Positions 8,358 to 18,886 of a stretch of DNA of 64,000 nt are shown one piece after another. Both the position numbers and the translations under genes were made by a program. Source of the stretch: a virus; the IMG/VR virus record IMGVR_UViG_3300030044_000011. One strand, 5' to 3'. The notes beneath the pieces are model-generated. The model did no database searches. It saw only the letters and a program-made list of their open reading frames with translations, and had not been told where the DNA came from. How positions within the stretch are numbered: position 1 is the stretch's first letter; every line of letters starts with the position of its first letter.

Positions 8358-8693
8358 TTAATACCCTAAATCCTCACCTCTCCAAGCATACAAATCATCA
8401 ATAGCCAACTCATCCAGTCGGCCTATATTCTTGGCTCCGAAGTTTGGGGTTTGGGCATGACAGTTGGGACACAGAAAACGGATGTTATCCGGTTCATTGT
8501 TCAGCCAGTCGCCATCAATGTGGTCGATTTGAAGAACAATCGGTCGGCCTATCCATTCAGGGTTTTTGTGTAAGGGACATCTAGGATCAGAGCACCGATA
8601 GGGGACACCTGATTCCAACATAGCCCGTCGCAAGCGAGTCACATGCTCTCGATGTTTCTTGCGATTCCTAACTAGAATCTGGCTCCAGTGCAT
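8358..8693 (-). CDS. HNH endonuclease
   Basis: LQIDHIDGDWLNNEPDNIRFLCPNCH. Confidence 0.9.
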   Translation of the reverse strand: MHWSQILVRNRKKHREHVTRLRRAMLESGVPYRCSDPRCPLHKNPEWIGRPIVLQIDHIDGDWLNNEPDNIRFLCPNCHAQTPNFGAKNIGRLDELAIDDLYAWRGEDLGY

Positions 8694-8705
8694 TCATTGT
8701 AATAC

Positions 8706-8793
8706 TGGTACCCGACCCCGGACTCGAACCGGGAACCGCATTTCGCTTCTCGGGAGTTTAAGCCCCGCGCCTTTGCCATTTGACCAGTCGGGC
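8706..8793 (-). tRNA. tRNA-Leu(TAA)
   Basis: CGGGG-CTTAAAC-TCCCG; long V arm; CCA. Confidence 0.92.
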
Positions 8794-8800
8794 ATAACTT

Positions 8801-8889
8801 TGGTCGGGAAGGTGGGACTTGAACCCACAACCGTTTCACACTTATCGAGTGTTTGAGACTCGCGCCTTTGCCAATTTGACCACATCCCG
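8801..8889 (-). tRNA. tRNA-Leu(CAA)
   Basis: CGAGT-CTCAAAC-ACTCG; long V arm; CCA. Confidence 0.88.
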
Positions 8890-9005
8890 ATTTGAAACTA
8901 TTGGAGACCAGTTACTCAATCGCCTTGGCGTGTATCTCGCCTACCACAGCTTTCGCCAGTCATACGGGGATCAGCGTACGTCCGTTTCACAGACTTATCC
9001 AAATT

Positions 9006-9092
9006 TGGTGCGCCCGAAGGGACTCGAACCCATACCCCCTTGCGGGGATTAGCACCTCAAGCTAACGCGGCTACCAATTACGCCACGGGCGC
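9006..9092 (-). tRNA. tRNA-Leu(GAG)
   Basis: TTAGC-TTGAGGT-GCTAA; CCA. Confidence 0.93.
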
Positions 9093-9153
9093 AAACTTCT
9101 ACTACAACAAAACTTGGTGCTTCACATTCTTACCACAAGTGCCTGTGCCAGAA

Positions 9154-9231
9154 TGGTAGCCGAGGTGGGATTCGAACCCACACTGTACGGATTTTGAGAC
9201 CGTTGCCTCCTGCCAGTTGCGCTACTCGGCC
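9154..9231 (-). tRNA. tRNA-Leu(CAA), short variable arm
   Basis: ACGGT-CTCAAAA-TCCGT; CCA. Confidence 0.9.
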
Positions 9232-9246
9232 ATTACATCAAAACTT

Positions 9247-9330
9247 TGGTAGCCCCACTCGGACTCGAACCGAGACGCCTTTCGACATTAGTTCCTAAGA
9301 CTAACGTGTCTGCCATTCCACCATGGGGCC
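9247..9330 (-). tRNA. tRNA-Leu(TAG)
   Basis: TTAGT-CTTAGGA-ACTAA; CCA. Confidence 0.93.
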
Positions 9331-9338
9331 GTTAAAAC

Positions 9339-9569
9339 CTATCGCTCCGTACGCTGCGTCTTCGGAAGGTCGAGACCCCAGCCACGCTGGATATTCTCGG
9401 AGTCCTGACGCATGTACACAGCCGCAACTTTCCATTCACCACTCTCGGGCTCATCCTTCAGGGTGATAACAGAGCCGCGCTTCACACCTCGGTTAGCGGG
9501 AACCCACGCCACCTTACAGTGAATACCGCGTTCTGACTCTTGCTGCAACATTGTTTGAACTAATTCCAT
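9339..9569 (-). CDS. hypothetical protein
   Basis: 76-aa ORF filling the gap between tRNAs. Confidence 0.6.
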   Translation of the reverse strand: MELVQTMLQQESERGIHCKVAWVPANRGVKRGSVITLKDEPESGEWKVAAVYMRQDSENIQRGWGLDLPKTQRTER

Positions 9570-9586
9570 TTCTTTCTCTTTCTTTA

Positions 9587-9674
9587 TGGTGCCCGGAGAG
9601 GGATTCGAACCCCCACGAGAATTAACCCACTGGCTTCTAAGACCAGCGCGTCTCGCCAATTTCGCCATCCGGGC
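9587..9674 (-). tRNA. tRNA-Leu(TAG)
   Basis: CTGGT-CTTAGAA-GCCAG; CCA. Confidence 0.93.
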
Positions 9675-9679
9675 ACATC

Positions 9680-10318
9680 TTAAATTCGACCCCTTCTCCA
9701 TCCAATCAAAACGTAAGAGGTCAAATCGTTTTGCTTAATCTTGATGGCTCTTTCACCGTCCGTTACCCAACGAGTACCGAACTGTGAATTCTTATCCCCC
9801 GCTCTATTCACCAATGCCATCTTTGCTTTGGTGTCCGCCCTGTGCTTCCGACCAGTCCAAGTGCGTTTACTCGCCGCTGAAATCTTAGCTGACACATCCG
9901 GTTCAACACCATGTTCCCTAATCTGGTTGGCCCGAGCCTCACTCATCATCTTGTAATGCTGTGGGTCTCGATGACTCTGAGAACTGTGTGACACTCTGGC
10001 GGCATTGGCGTAGTCGGCCAACCCTTCTCGATTGATATAGTCAAACCCACCAGAGCCCCCTTTTCTCAAATTCATACAGAGAGGGTTACCCCGCCAACAT
10101 TGAATCAACTCATCCTCTTTGCCAAATGCTGATTCAACATCGAGGTAGATGAACAGGACTTCCTTATGGAAGTTTTGTTCCCCATATTTTGCAACGGCTC
10201 GTTTGATGTATGTACCGGAACCGAGGTACGCATCATCAGGGTCTTTCGTTTTGTGAACCCCGAAGTAGAACTTGCCGTTGAGCAGGTTGACGGTTTTGTA
10301 AACCGTGTAGTATGTCAT
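9680..10318 (-). CDS. GIY-YIG (Seg-like) homing endonuclease
   Basis: VYKTVNLLNGKFYFGVH, YLGSG, NLRKGGSGG, NUMOD3-like tail. Confidence 0.85.
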   Translation of the reverse strand: MTYYTVYKTVNLLNGKFYFGVHKTKDPDDAYLGSGTYIKRAVAKYGEQNFHKEVLFIYLDVESAFGKEDELIQCWRGNPLCMNLRKGGSGGFDYINREGLADYANAARVSHSSQSHRDPQHYKMMSEARANQIREHGVEPDVSAKISAASKRTWTGRKHRADTKAKMALVNRAGDKNSQFGTRWVTDGERAIKIKQNDLTSYVLIGWRRGRI

Positions 10319-10363
10319 GAACCTATCAGTGCCCTCTACATAAGATACTGATAATCACGAATG

Positions 10364-10448
10364 TGCATGGAGTAGGATTTGAACCTACGTAGCCCCAAGG
10401 GGCGGGTGTTTTACAGACACCTAGTTTTAACCACTCACTCATCCATGC
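10364..10448 (-). tRNA. tRNA-Tyr(GTA), CCA not encoded
   Basis: GGTGT-CTGTAAA-ACACC; long V arm. Confidence 0.9.
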
Positions 10449-10455
10449 AAACTTT

Positions 10456-10548
10456 TGGTGCGTCCGACAGGATTTGAACCTGTTGTGTTTACCGCTTGGG
10501 TGCCGAGTTTACAGCCCGGTGCCACTCCCCCGTCGTGACCGCGAACGC
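10456..10548 (-). tRNA. tRNA-Tyr(GTA)
   Basis: CCGGG-CTGTAAA-CTCGG; long V arm; CCA. Confidence 0.88.
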
Positions 10549-10549
10549 A

Positions 10550-10711
10550 TTACTGCTTCGGAACATGTTGAAGATGAAGTGTACGCACAGCCTCAAGGTT
10601 ACGCTGTGCTGCTTCTCTCGTAGTTCCCGAGGTCACCAGACCCCAAGTTCTATCTTCAGCCACCCAACGCTTTGTTTCCGCGTCGAGCCAAAATTGTTCC
10701 GTTTCAAACAT
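10550..10711 (-). CDS. HicB-like antitoxin domain protein (53 aa)
   Basis: GGAG RBS; WVAEDRTWGLVTSGTTREAAQRNLEAV matches the HicB pattern. Confidence 0.6.
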   Translation of the reverse strand: MFETEQFWLDAETKRWVAEDRTWGLVTSGTTREAAQRNLEAVRTLHLQHVPKQ

Positions 10712-10719
10712 CTTTCTCC

Positions 10720-10750
10720 AAAAACAAAAGCCGCCCCAATCGGGCGGCTT
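10720..10750 (-). terminator. attenuator terminator upstream of the Leu/Tyr array
   Basis: AAGCCGCCC-GATT-GGGGCGGCTT-TTGTTTTT. Confidence 0.9.
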
Positions 10751-10774
10751 CGTGATTCATCTGAACTTTGGGGT

Positions 10775-10867
10775 TTAGATTGAGCCCCCTTCAGACGACA
10801 CGAAGCCGTTGCTAAGCAGGTAATACAAGCTTAGGCTAAGGTTCGAGTTGACTGATAAGCGGTTCAT
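10775..10867 (-). CDS. leader peptide MNRLSVNSNLSLSLYYLLSNGFVSSEGGSI
   Basis: GAGGAAG RBS; promoter TTGAAA-16-TATTAT at 10908-10935; overlaps antiterminator. Confidence 0.8.
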   Translation of the reverse strand: MNRLSVNSNLSLSLYYLLSNGFVSSEGGSI

Positions 10868-11006
10868 ATTCTTCCTCTCGGGCAGTGCCCGTTTCACATC
10901 TGTATACATAATACCGCGAAAGTTGAGGTTTTCAACACTGTTTTTGAATTTATTTTCATAGCTTATGGATTTTTCACTTTCCACCTCCTCTGTAGGAGGG
11001 TTTGAC

Positions 11007-11750
11007 ATGCCAAATCCAAATGTGAAACTCGGTCGCAAAGCCGTTAAGACCGACTCAAGAACTTTGAAGCTTTCCCCTTATATGAAGATGTTACCCCCGC
11101 CCCCGGCCTCTGTGGACTGGACGAAGGGGAACACCTCGTGGGGGATGATGCTGAATGACACCCTTGGTTGCTGCACCATTGCCGGAGCCGCGCACGCTAT
11201 TCAAGTGTGGAGCACTGAAACCGGCAGTGAAGTTACCGTACCTGATTCTACTGTACTTCAATATTATGAGCAGTGGGATGGGTATGTAAACGGCAACCCG
11301 TCAACCGACAACGGGGGTGTCGAACTCGATGTTCTCAATAAATGGAAGTCACAGGGGCTCCTCGGTCACAAGTTAGTGGCCTTTGCTGATCCACAGGTTC
11401 GCAACCACACAGAGATTATGCAAGCAATCAACCTCTTCGGTGGTGTTTACATCGGGATGCAAGTTCCCAACTACATCATCAACAACATCCCGGCTCTGTG
11501 GCAGATTGCGACCGCAGGACAGGACACTGGCATTGATGGTGGGCACTGTGTGTTTGTCTGTGGTTATGATGCAGTGGGGGTATCCTTCATCTCGTGGGGA
11601 CAGGTCTACAAGATGACATGGGCCTACTGGGATGTGTATGTGGATGAGGCACACGCCCTACTCTCGCAGGACTGGATAAACTCCAAGGGAGTTGATGTCC
11701 AAGGCTTCGACCTTGCACAACTGCAAACTGACTTATCTCAAATCAGCTAA
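11007..11750 (+). CDS. papain-like cysteine peptidase
   Basis: NDTLGCCTIAG, GGHCV, SWG; AGGAGG RBS. Confidence 0.75.
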   Translation: MPNPNVKLGRKAVKTDSRTLKLSPYMKMLPPPPASVDWTKGNTSWGMMLNDTLGCCTIAGAAHAIQVWSTETGSEVTVPDSTVLQYYEQWDGYVNGNPSTDNGGVELDVLNKWKSQGLLGHKLVAFADPQVRNHTEIMQAINLFGGVYIGMQVPNYIINNIPALWQIATAGQDTGIDGGHCVFVCGYDAVGVSFISWGQVYKMTWAYWDVYVDEAHALLSQDWINSKGVDVQGFDLAQLQTDLSQIS

Positions 11751-11751
11751 C

Positions 11752-11778
11752 AAAAAGCCACCCAGTTGGGTGGCTTTT
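11752..11778. terminator. bidirectional terminator
   Basis: AAAAGCCACCC/GGGTGGCTTTT between convergent genes. Confidence 0.8.
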
Positions 11779-12098
11779 CTCTTGCTCTCAAGAGTAGGGG
11801 TTGTGGTGATGCTTGTGGTGGTGCTTGTGATACCATTCGCTGGCATGAATACGACGCCAGAAATCCTCACAGATTTCCGCTGCGTGTTCAGGATAAGCTT
11901 GAACGAATCGTGCCCATGCACGCTCTCTGGCTTCGACACCTTCAGCATCACAAATCCAACCGTAAGCGATGGTCTCCCAATACTGGACATCGTCTACACC
12001 GCTTGGGGTCGCTGGCTGCTTTGAAGCTACCGGCTTTTTCTTTTTACCAAAAATACCCATATGATTATCCATCCTCATATAAGAACTGAGTAATCGTT

Positions 12099-12425
12099 TT
12101 AGTGACCGTACCAAATCTTGGTCAGATAGATACCCATAATGGAACCTAAAGCACCCCCGATGGTGTACCCAATACCGCCCCACAAGCCGCGAGAATCATC
12201 CTTAATAGCCAACCGGGATATTACCATTGCCATCATGAATGCCTGAGCCCCATACACAGAGTCCACAATAACCGTCCAGACGTAGTTACCCTGTGCTGTA
12301 GCCCGGATGCTGGCTACGAAGAGGAAATACGAGGAGAACTGAGTAATGGCAAAAAATAGGCACTGCCCCAAGGGTGTCTTGGGAGCATGAAGGTTACTCA
12401 ACCACCTGTTGATGCGGTTCCACAC
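12099..12425 (-). CDS. membrane protein
   Basis: Three hydrophobic segments. Confidence 0.65.
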   Translation of the reverse strand: MWNRINRWLSNLHAPKTPLGQCLFFAITQFSSYFLFVASIRATAQGNYVWTVIVDSVYGAQAFMMAMVISRLAIKDDSRGLWGGIGYTIGGALGSIMGIYLTKIWYGH

Positions 12426-12853
12426 TATTTACGTGTCTCCTCAACTTTAAGCATACCTCACCCTCTCTACCCCGGCTCTGCGGCGTCTATAACTCCAATC
12501 AACGGTTACGTGGTAACTGGCGTAAAACCAATCCATCTTCTCCGCACCACCACATTCCGATGCTCCTGATTCAAACCCCAACGCTTCGTACTCTTGCAAC
12601 AAACCCTCCAAGTCAGGTTGAATGAATTGCCGCCATACATCTACCTCTTGGTTAGTTCTATATTTGGGGGAATGAATTTGGACTGCGGCCTGATAATCCC
12701 CTTTACCAACCGCCTCAAGCTGCGCCATGGTCATATAATCCCTAAACTCTTGAGTCCAAGGTTCACCCATCACTATGACCCATTTACTTAGTAGTTTTTC
12801 GTTCTTCAATTCATAGGCTTCATCAGACCACTTACGAGCAGTTTGAACCGAAA

Positions 12854-13813
12854 TCATCCGCGTACTCCCTCAGTCAGTTCCAACATTGAATACTGCGCCT
12901 TCAGCTTTTCAAACGCCTTCTTAAGGTGTGTGCCATATTGGTCGGTAACAATAAGCACTGAATTCATACGGGGGATCATGATACACATCTCCGAGGTGAT
13001 GTCGTGGGCAGCGAAGACCTCATCCATAATCTTTCGGGCGAACAGAACCTCTTGTAGAATTTCACCGCCAGATTTCGAGAAGAATGGGTATGGAATCCCT
13101 TCGGCCATAAATCCAGTTGTGGCGAAGCTACCACCGGGAGAGCCGAAAGTGGCCTTTGCCATGGTCGGACCTGAGTCTGGAGCCCAGTGGATATAGAAGG
13201 GTTTAAGGTTTGGTAGCGTTTTGAGGTACTTGTCACCGCCGACGCCGAGCATGGATATGTTACGACTGTCGGAGAAGGCTGGTGTGGTACCAATGGGAGA
13301 GAGGCGGTAGCTTACCTGAGGAGTGAACTGTGCGAGAATCTTCAACGACTTGAGCGTACTCAACACATTATTGTGTTGCTTCTCCTCATCGGTCGATGCA
13401 TTCTTCACCATTTTTGCCTTAGGCTCAAAAGGATTGAGCTTAGCGTCCTTCGGCCATGTAGCCTTCAACTTGTCCACCTCCGCTTGAGCATCCGATGTCA
13501 GATAAGCCATGCCGGTATATGACTGAAGGTTTAACAGCACCTGAGTGAAGAGAGCGTAATCAAGTTGATTGTAGAGACAACGAAGGACAGCCAGCTTGTC
13601 ATAGCCGGTTGGCTCTGACTTAATTTCTGGACCTGAGGCAATCCAACAATCACGAAACATCTTGTTAAGAAGCGTGCTGCCGTGGTCGGTGCGGCTGAAT
13701 TCAAGATGCTCAAAAGTCTTCTTGAATTCAGCTTGCATGGCTTCTTCAGACAAAAATACTTCATGGATTCGAGCGGCGAATGTGTCAGCGACACGTTGGT
13801 AAATCTCTTGCAT
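12854..13813 (-). CDS. hypothetical protein
   Basis: 319-aa ORF in operon. Confidence 0.75.
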   Translation of the reverse strand: MQEIYQRVADTFAARIHEVFLSEEAMQAEFKKTFEHLEFSRTDHGSTLLNKMFRDCWIASGPEIKSEPTGYDKLAVLRCLYNQLDYALFTQVLLNLQSYTGMAYLTSDAQAEVDKLKATWPKDAKLNPFEPKAKMVKNASTDEEKQHNNVLSTLKSLKILAQFTPQVSYRLSPIGTTPAFSDSRNISMLGVGGDKYLKTLPNLKPFYIHWAPDSGPTMAKATFGSPGGSFATTGFMAEGIPYPFFSKSGGEILQEVLFARKIMDEVFAAHDITSEMCIMIPRMNSVLIVTDQYGTHLKKAFEKLKAQYSMLELTEGVRG

Positions 13814-14055
13814 AATTTAACTCCCTAATTTTCTTTTCAGGTAAGCTATGCGCTTCTCCCTACGTTCTTGCTTACCCATAAGCTCCGAGTAATCGGGACA
13901 TCCACAGGAAGGGCAACAGACACCACCGTCTGCCCAAAACTCAACCCCCATGCGGTCGAGATAGCGTTCTGTACGTTCCACACTTCGCACAAGGTTGTTC
14001 AACTCAACCCGTAACGGGCTCAGTTTCTCTCTGCGGAACAAACGTGAGAACCAAC

Positions 14056-14817
14056 TCATCCCCCAACTTCCGGCTCTTCTTCATACTCTTCGTATAACCG
14101 GCAGATTTCCTGCACAAGTGGGTGACGAACAATATCCTCATCCTCTAAATCCTGAAAATGGATATTGTCGGTTTTGTCTCTTAGAACGTCCTCAGCATGA
14201 AGCAACCCCGACTTACTTTTCACAGGTAGATCAATCTGCGTCACGTCGCCAGTGATGACAACCTTAGAGCCCTCCCCCATACGAGTGAGCAACATCTTCA
14301 TCTGGTCTTGTGTGGTGTTCTGCGCTTCATCGAGAATGACAAACGCATGGTTCAATGTACGGCCTCGCATGAAGGCCAAGGCAGCTACTTCAATGCGGCC
14401 TTCATCAAGATACTGGTCAACCTGTTGTGGGGGCATCATAGCGTACAGAGCGTCATAAAGAGGACGAAGGTATGGATCAACCTTCTCTTGCATAGAGCCG
14501 GGGAGGAACCCAATCTTCTCACCAGCTTCAACCGCAGGACGGACGAGAATGAGACGGTTGTCCTTCTTTGCCAACCATTGAACAGCCTTGGCGACCGCCA
14601 GCCATGTCTTGCCTGTACCGGCTGGGCCGATAGCAAATACCATGTCCTTGGAATCAATCGCGTCAAGGTATGCCTTCTGATTAACTGTCTTGGGAGACAC
14701 CTTCATAACACCTAACCTAGCAGAGGGGTGGTGAGGCGACTTAGGTGCCCCCTCTTCCTCTTCCCATGCTGCTGGTTTCTTTCTCGCCGCGACCTTCTTC
14801 TTATATGAGTTGCCCAC
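14056..14817 (-). CDS. phoH: PhoH family ATPase
   Basis: [34 protein letters not shown]. Confidence 0.95.
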   Translation of the reverse strand: MGNSYKKKVAARKKPAAWEEEEGAPKSPHHPSARLGVMKVSPKTVNQKAYLDAIDSKDMVFAIGPAGTGKTWLAVAKAVQWLAKKDNRLILVRPAVEAGEKIGFLPGSMQEKVDPYLRPLYDALYAMMPPQQVDQYLDEGRIEVAALAFMRGRTLNHAFVILDEAQNTTQDQMKMLLTRMGEGSKVVITGDVTQIDLPVKSKSGLLHAEDVLRDKTDNIHFQDLEDEDIVRHPLVQEICRLYEEYEEEPEVGG

Positions 14818-15036
14818 TAAGGTACGCTCCTCTTTCCTTTAGTTGCGTGGATATACTACCCTCCAGTTCAGAGAAAGGAATGACGATGACCGTATCAGGG
14901 TCTTGACGAGTTATCTCTGCACGGAACTTGATAATCTCATCCTTGGAATGAGGGTCATCTGCGTTTGGAACAAACACCATCTTGAAATCGCCCCTGAGAT
15001 TGTCGGGCGATGGGTCACCGGGTAAACGCATTGTCA

Positions 15037-16023
15037 TTAGTTATACCTTCCTTTTCTATATCCTTGACATTTAATACAAAGTTTTTGCCCCCTAATGGCA
15101 TCTCTTTTTACACAATTAAAGCAGGGGCTTCGACCCACCTGTACAGCTTCTTCTAATCGTTGTTTCTTGCGAAGCTTACTTTTCTGTTTGTGAATCCTGA
15201 CTCGACAACTCAGACAGTACACAGCGTGTTCACGACCTTCAATTACCTCATTGCATTCATCACAACGATGCTCGTACCGCTGAATGCTATCGGCGAGGGT
15301 TTTCTTCCTATCTAAGAATAAAGAGGCACCATTATACAACCGCCTTGCGAGTAATGCTGCATTGTAAGAGTAGTACACCAATGTGCTTATTTTATACTGT
15401 GTTCCGATTGTGCCTTCAATCCCACAAAATTCCTTGAAGGAGTTAATCACATCTCTTGTGCCTACCAGCCCCAAGTGAGGGCAGTTGTTCCCTTTGTTGT
15501 ACCCTAAGTAACCGTCACCATCTACCACGCCTCGCCAAAAATCACGGTTGTGTCGTAATTCTGGGGCGACGGTTGCGGTGAGGCTCTTGCGTTCGGTGAT
15601 ACCATAAAATTTGAGAGCATTGACAATGTGCTCACTGGTCACCTCTAATCGTGCAGCAGCCCCGAGATGACTAGGAGCTACTTTGGTGTCTGTCTGGATG
15701 AATTGACGAAATTTCTCAACGTGTGCCCAATCCTCAACACCAAGCTCCAACACCACCTTCGGGTACTTCCCCCGCAGGTAGTGTATACACCCATCTGCAA
15801 GTAAAAACCCCATCCAATAGGCTGACTCAGGAGTTATCTGGTCAAATGCGCCTTCATTGTGAATCGGTATCCTAAAATCCGACTTAGCCGCAACTCCACT
15901 CCTTGCCAGAACATTACATACAGTCTGGGCACAAACGGCGAACTGCGCCCCGACTGACTTACAGGTGCCCCCTGATAAGTAGGCTTCAACTATTTCATCG
16001 TCATTTCGTTTTAAGGATTTCAT
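15037..16023 (-). CDS. LAGLIDADG homing endonuclease
   Basis: YWMGFLLADG and FWRGVVDGDG. Confidence 0.88.
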   Translation of the reverse strand: MKSLKRNDDEIVEAYLSGGTCKSVGAQFAVCAQTVCNVLARSGVAAKSDFRIPIHNEGAFDQITPESAYWMGFLLADGCIHYLRGKYPKVVLELGVEDWAHVEKFRQFIQTDTKVAPSHLGAAARLEVTSEHIVNALKFYGITERKSLTATVAPELRHNRDFWRGVVDGDGYLGYNKGNNCPHLGLVGTRDVINSFKEFCGIEGTIGTQYKISTLVYYSYNAALLARRLYNGASLFLDRKKTLADSIQRYEHRCDECNEVIEGREHAVYCLSCRVRIHKQKSKLRKKQRLEEAVQVGRSPCFNCVKRDAIRGQKLCIKCQGYRKGRYN

Positions 16024-16676
16024 CTATAGACCTCAGTAACGAGGTCCATAGTTCTTTTTCTTGATAGCTATCCAAGGATTTCCATCGCTTTTCAACAAGA
16101 ACAGTGACAGCCACGATTAGCTTGAACAAGGAACCGTCATCTTTTCCCTCTAGTTGTGCTTGTTTGGCGTAGTTAATGGCGTCAAGCATTTCCTGCCCGA
16201 GGTCAGTAAAAACATCACGACCGTTGAACGCCCTCAAGCGAGAGCCGTACTTTTTCTCCCCCATACGAATTCGCGCTTCAATATCGTCAGCAAGGGAATC
16301 AAGCTGCATTGAGCGCAGGGCGAGGGCGGCTTCAACAGCGATATCTACGCCATTTCCAGTGGGGTTGGGTTGTATCTTAGTGGCTAAGTCAACAGTAGGG
16401 TCTAGGGGCATGTACTCCTCCAGCCCTCTAATACCGTAGATTAGGCGTTCTTATACCACTCAGGGTCAACCTTTTCAAGTGCCTTACCTAATTTACTGGG
16501 GTAGACAACTGCCGACTCCTCTTCGTTACCATCCTCGGCTGTACCAAAGTAGATAACATCGTGGTCGAAAGTTAGCTGGGCAACTTCCTTGTAGAACGTC
16601 TCCAGTTTTTGAAGACGTTCACGAAGGTGGTAATCCGCTGTTGGGTTTGAATCGTCACTCAAGCGAATGAAAGACA

Positions 16677-17399
16677 TTACTCTACTCTCCCGGAGTCCTT
16701 CAAAGACTCTTTATACTCTAAGTACGCTGGCATCTTGAGAGCCATCTTAGCCTTGATTTCTTCGATGCTCACTGGGTAGAAATCCCAACAGTCCACACCC
16801 ACGTCGAACGACAGGGAGTGTGGAATCTCAGGAAGCATTCCGTGACTGTGCCCATACAAATGCCATGAAGCATGGAATGAATTTCTCCACACTCGCATCG
16901 CGTAATGACAGAGAGCGATAAGCTGCTTGTCACCGTCGAAGTAGGGGGCTCCGAGATTGATTTCTTCAAGTGAACGGTACCACACATACAGCCGTTCCTG
17001 CACCAACCGCTGAGCGCACCAGTCCGGGTCGATTGCGAAGTGGTTAGGAGCATACGCCCCATCCTGCTTCGCTACCCTCTCCAGAATTTCATCATGATTT
17101 CCCTTGATGGCGAAAGTCTGGCCGTTCATACGACGACGGTAACCTATTGCCTTTTCGACGGTGGTCTTGAGGAAGATATCCCCAAGGTCGTACACAAGGT
17201 CACCCTTCCGCACACGCTCGTTGTGGCGGGAGATAATCGTCTCGGTCATCTCCTCAGTGGAGGAGAACTGAGGACGAGGCACCTTAGCGCCGGGAAGCAA
17301 TATCCCATCGGCGTCAACCATCCCCTTAATCATGAAAGGGTGGTCAAGGTGGTCGTCTGACCGGAAGAAAATGTTTGGGTATCCCTTTAGTACGTTCAT
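16677..17399 (-). CDS. metallophosphoesterase
   Basis: SDDH, LGD, GNHD, HLYGHSH. Confidence 0.88.
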   Translation of the reverse strand: MNVLKGYPNIFFRSDDHLDHPFMIKGMVDADGILLPGAKVPRPQFSSTEEMTETIISRHNERVRKGDLVYDLGDIFLKTTVEKAIGYRRRMNGQTFAIKGNHDEILERVAKQDGAYAPNHFAIDPDWCAQRLVQERLYVWYRSLEEINLGAPYFDGDKQLIALCHYAMRVWRNSFHASWHLYGHSHGMLPEIPHSLSFDVGVDCWDFYPVSIEEIKAKMALKMPAYLEYKESLKDSGRVE

Positions 17400-17875
17400 T
17401 CTTCTATAGTACAGGAAAGCTGGGTCAAGAACAAGATTTAAGGTTTTTGGGGTCGGTAAACCGACCATCCGCATATGGTGCTTTCCACCCACAGTAGGAG
17501 CACACCTTACCCGTGTTCCAGTGTTGTTGACCATACCCGCTGTCCCACTCCCACCGATAGTCGCTGGTCTCTGAGTGGTCACAACCATTCTTGATTATCT
17601 CAGCAATAAGAGCGGTGGTTTCAGCGTGATACTTATTGGATAACCTACTCCATGCTGCTCTCTTTCGAGCTAATAGGCTCTTTGCTTGTTTTACAGTTCG
17701 CATGTATTGTCCCCCTCCACTATGCCGCTGGCAACTTCCTCGTACTGACAACCATCGCATTGGATGATGTCAGGCTTATTATTGAACATGCAGCGATACT
17801 TGCTACCGCACTTAGGACAGGGCTCACAGCCATACATGTTCGCCGTCTTTGAATCGTAGTCAACAACACTACTAT

Positions 17876-18886
17876 TCATAGTTCACACAACTCCTTCACA
17901 AGGTTCAAAAGTGATTGCTCATCCGGGGGGCAGATGAGCTTGAGCACTTCACTCGGGTCCGTAGCTTCAATGTCGCTCACCTGTTCATCCATCGCAATGA
18001 AAAATTCTTTTATCTCATCTGACTTGGCAACATCTTGCACCGGCTTGTCTACCGCCTTGAACGCAATGTTCAATGGACTTACTGGAACTTCCTTTTCTTT
18101 GTAGCGAACGCCATCAGTAGCAAATGAAAGTATGGTAGCGACCACAGAACGGTCCAACTCGTCATAGTCATAAGCAGCACGAGCAAGTGAACCGAGATTG
18201 ACGTGCGTGATGTTACCTACCTCAACGGTTTCATGTCGAGAGTGGTCGTGGCCCCACAACATGTAGTCGTAATCAAGGTGCTTAATTTGGTTATATCCGA
18301 TGGCTTCACCAAACATTCCACCACCATTTCCCGGTTCTCCATAAGCATGAACAATGGCAATCCTATAAGTGGCCTCTGAAGGGCGCGGACCAGACGCTAG
18401 AAGTCGCTGTAGGGCTCCCTCTCCGCTGTGTTCATACGGGAAGGTCTCTACCAACACCCTCACTGTCTCATCCTCGTTAACAAACAGTACCGGCTCATCG
18501 TTGAGGTTGTGATAGGCTCCGGCAGCAACAAGGATACCTAACGGTTGATGGGGGAGAGAGTCCATACGGTCGTACAAAATGTCATGATTGCCGATAGCCC
18601 CATATACTTGTCTCGTTGGAAACTGGCGAAGCTGACGCAGCAGGGCGAAGAGCAGGGGCAATCCATTGGCAGGGGATTTGGGGTTCTTAACGTGGAATAC
18701 GTCGCCGCCGCAAAGTCCGATGCCATGTATCTTATGCGTCAAATCGCAAATGAATTTAACCTTGTTGAGGATGGCGCTTTGATAGTCGTCTTGACGACGA
18801 CCGGGAGGTCTAGTGGATGTGTGCCAGTCGGTGCTGTACACAAAGTTCACCTTATCGTGATGTAGTTTTACAGTCTTCACTCGCAA
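17876..18886 (-). CDS. SbcD/Mre11-like nuclease
   Basis: TDWH, GGDVFH, GNHD, GHDH, NLGSL. Confidence 0.85.
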   Translation of the reverse strand: MRVKTVKLHHDKVNFVYSTDWHTSTRPPGRRQDDYQSAILNKVKFICDLTHKIHGIGLCGGDVFHVKNPKSPANGLPLLFALLRQLRQFPTRQVYGAIGNHDILYDRMDSLPHQPLGILVAAGAYHNLNDEPVLFVNEDETVRVLVETFPYEHSGEGALQRLLASGPRPSEATYRIAIVHAYGEPGNGGGMFGEAIGYNQIKHLDYDYMLWGHDHSRHETVEVGNITHVNLGSLARAAYDYDELDRSVVATILSFATDGVRYKEKEVPVSPLNIAFKAVDKPVQDVAKSDEIKEFFIAMDEQVSDIEATDPSEVLKLICPPDEQSLLNLVKELCEL

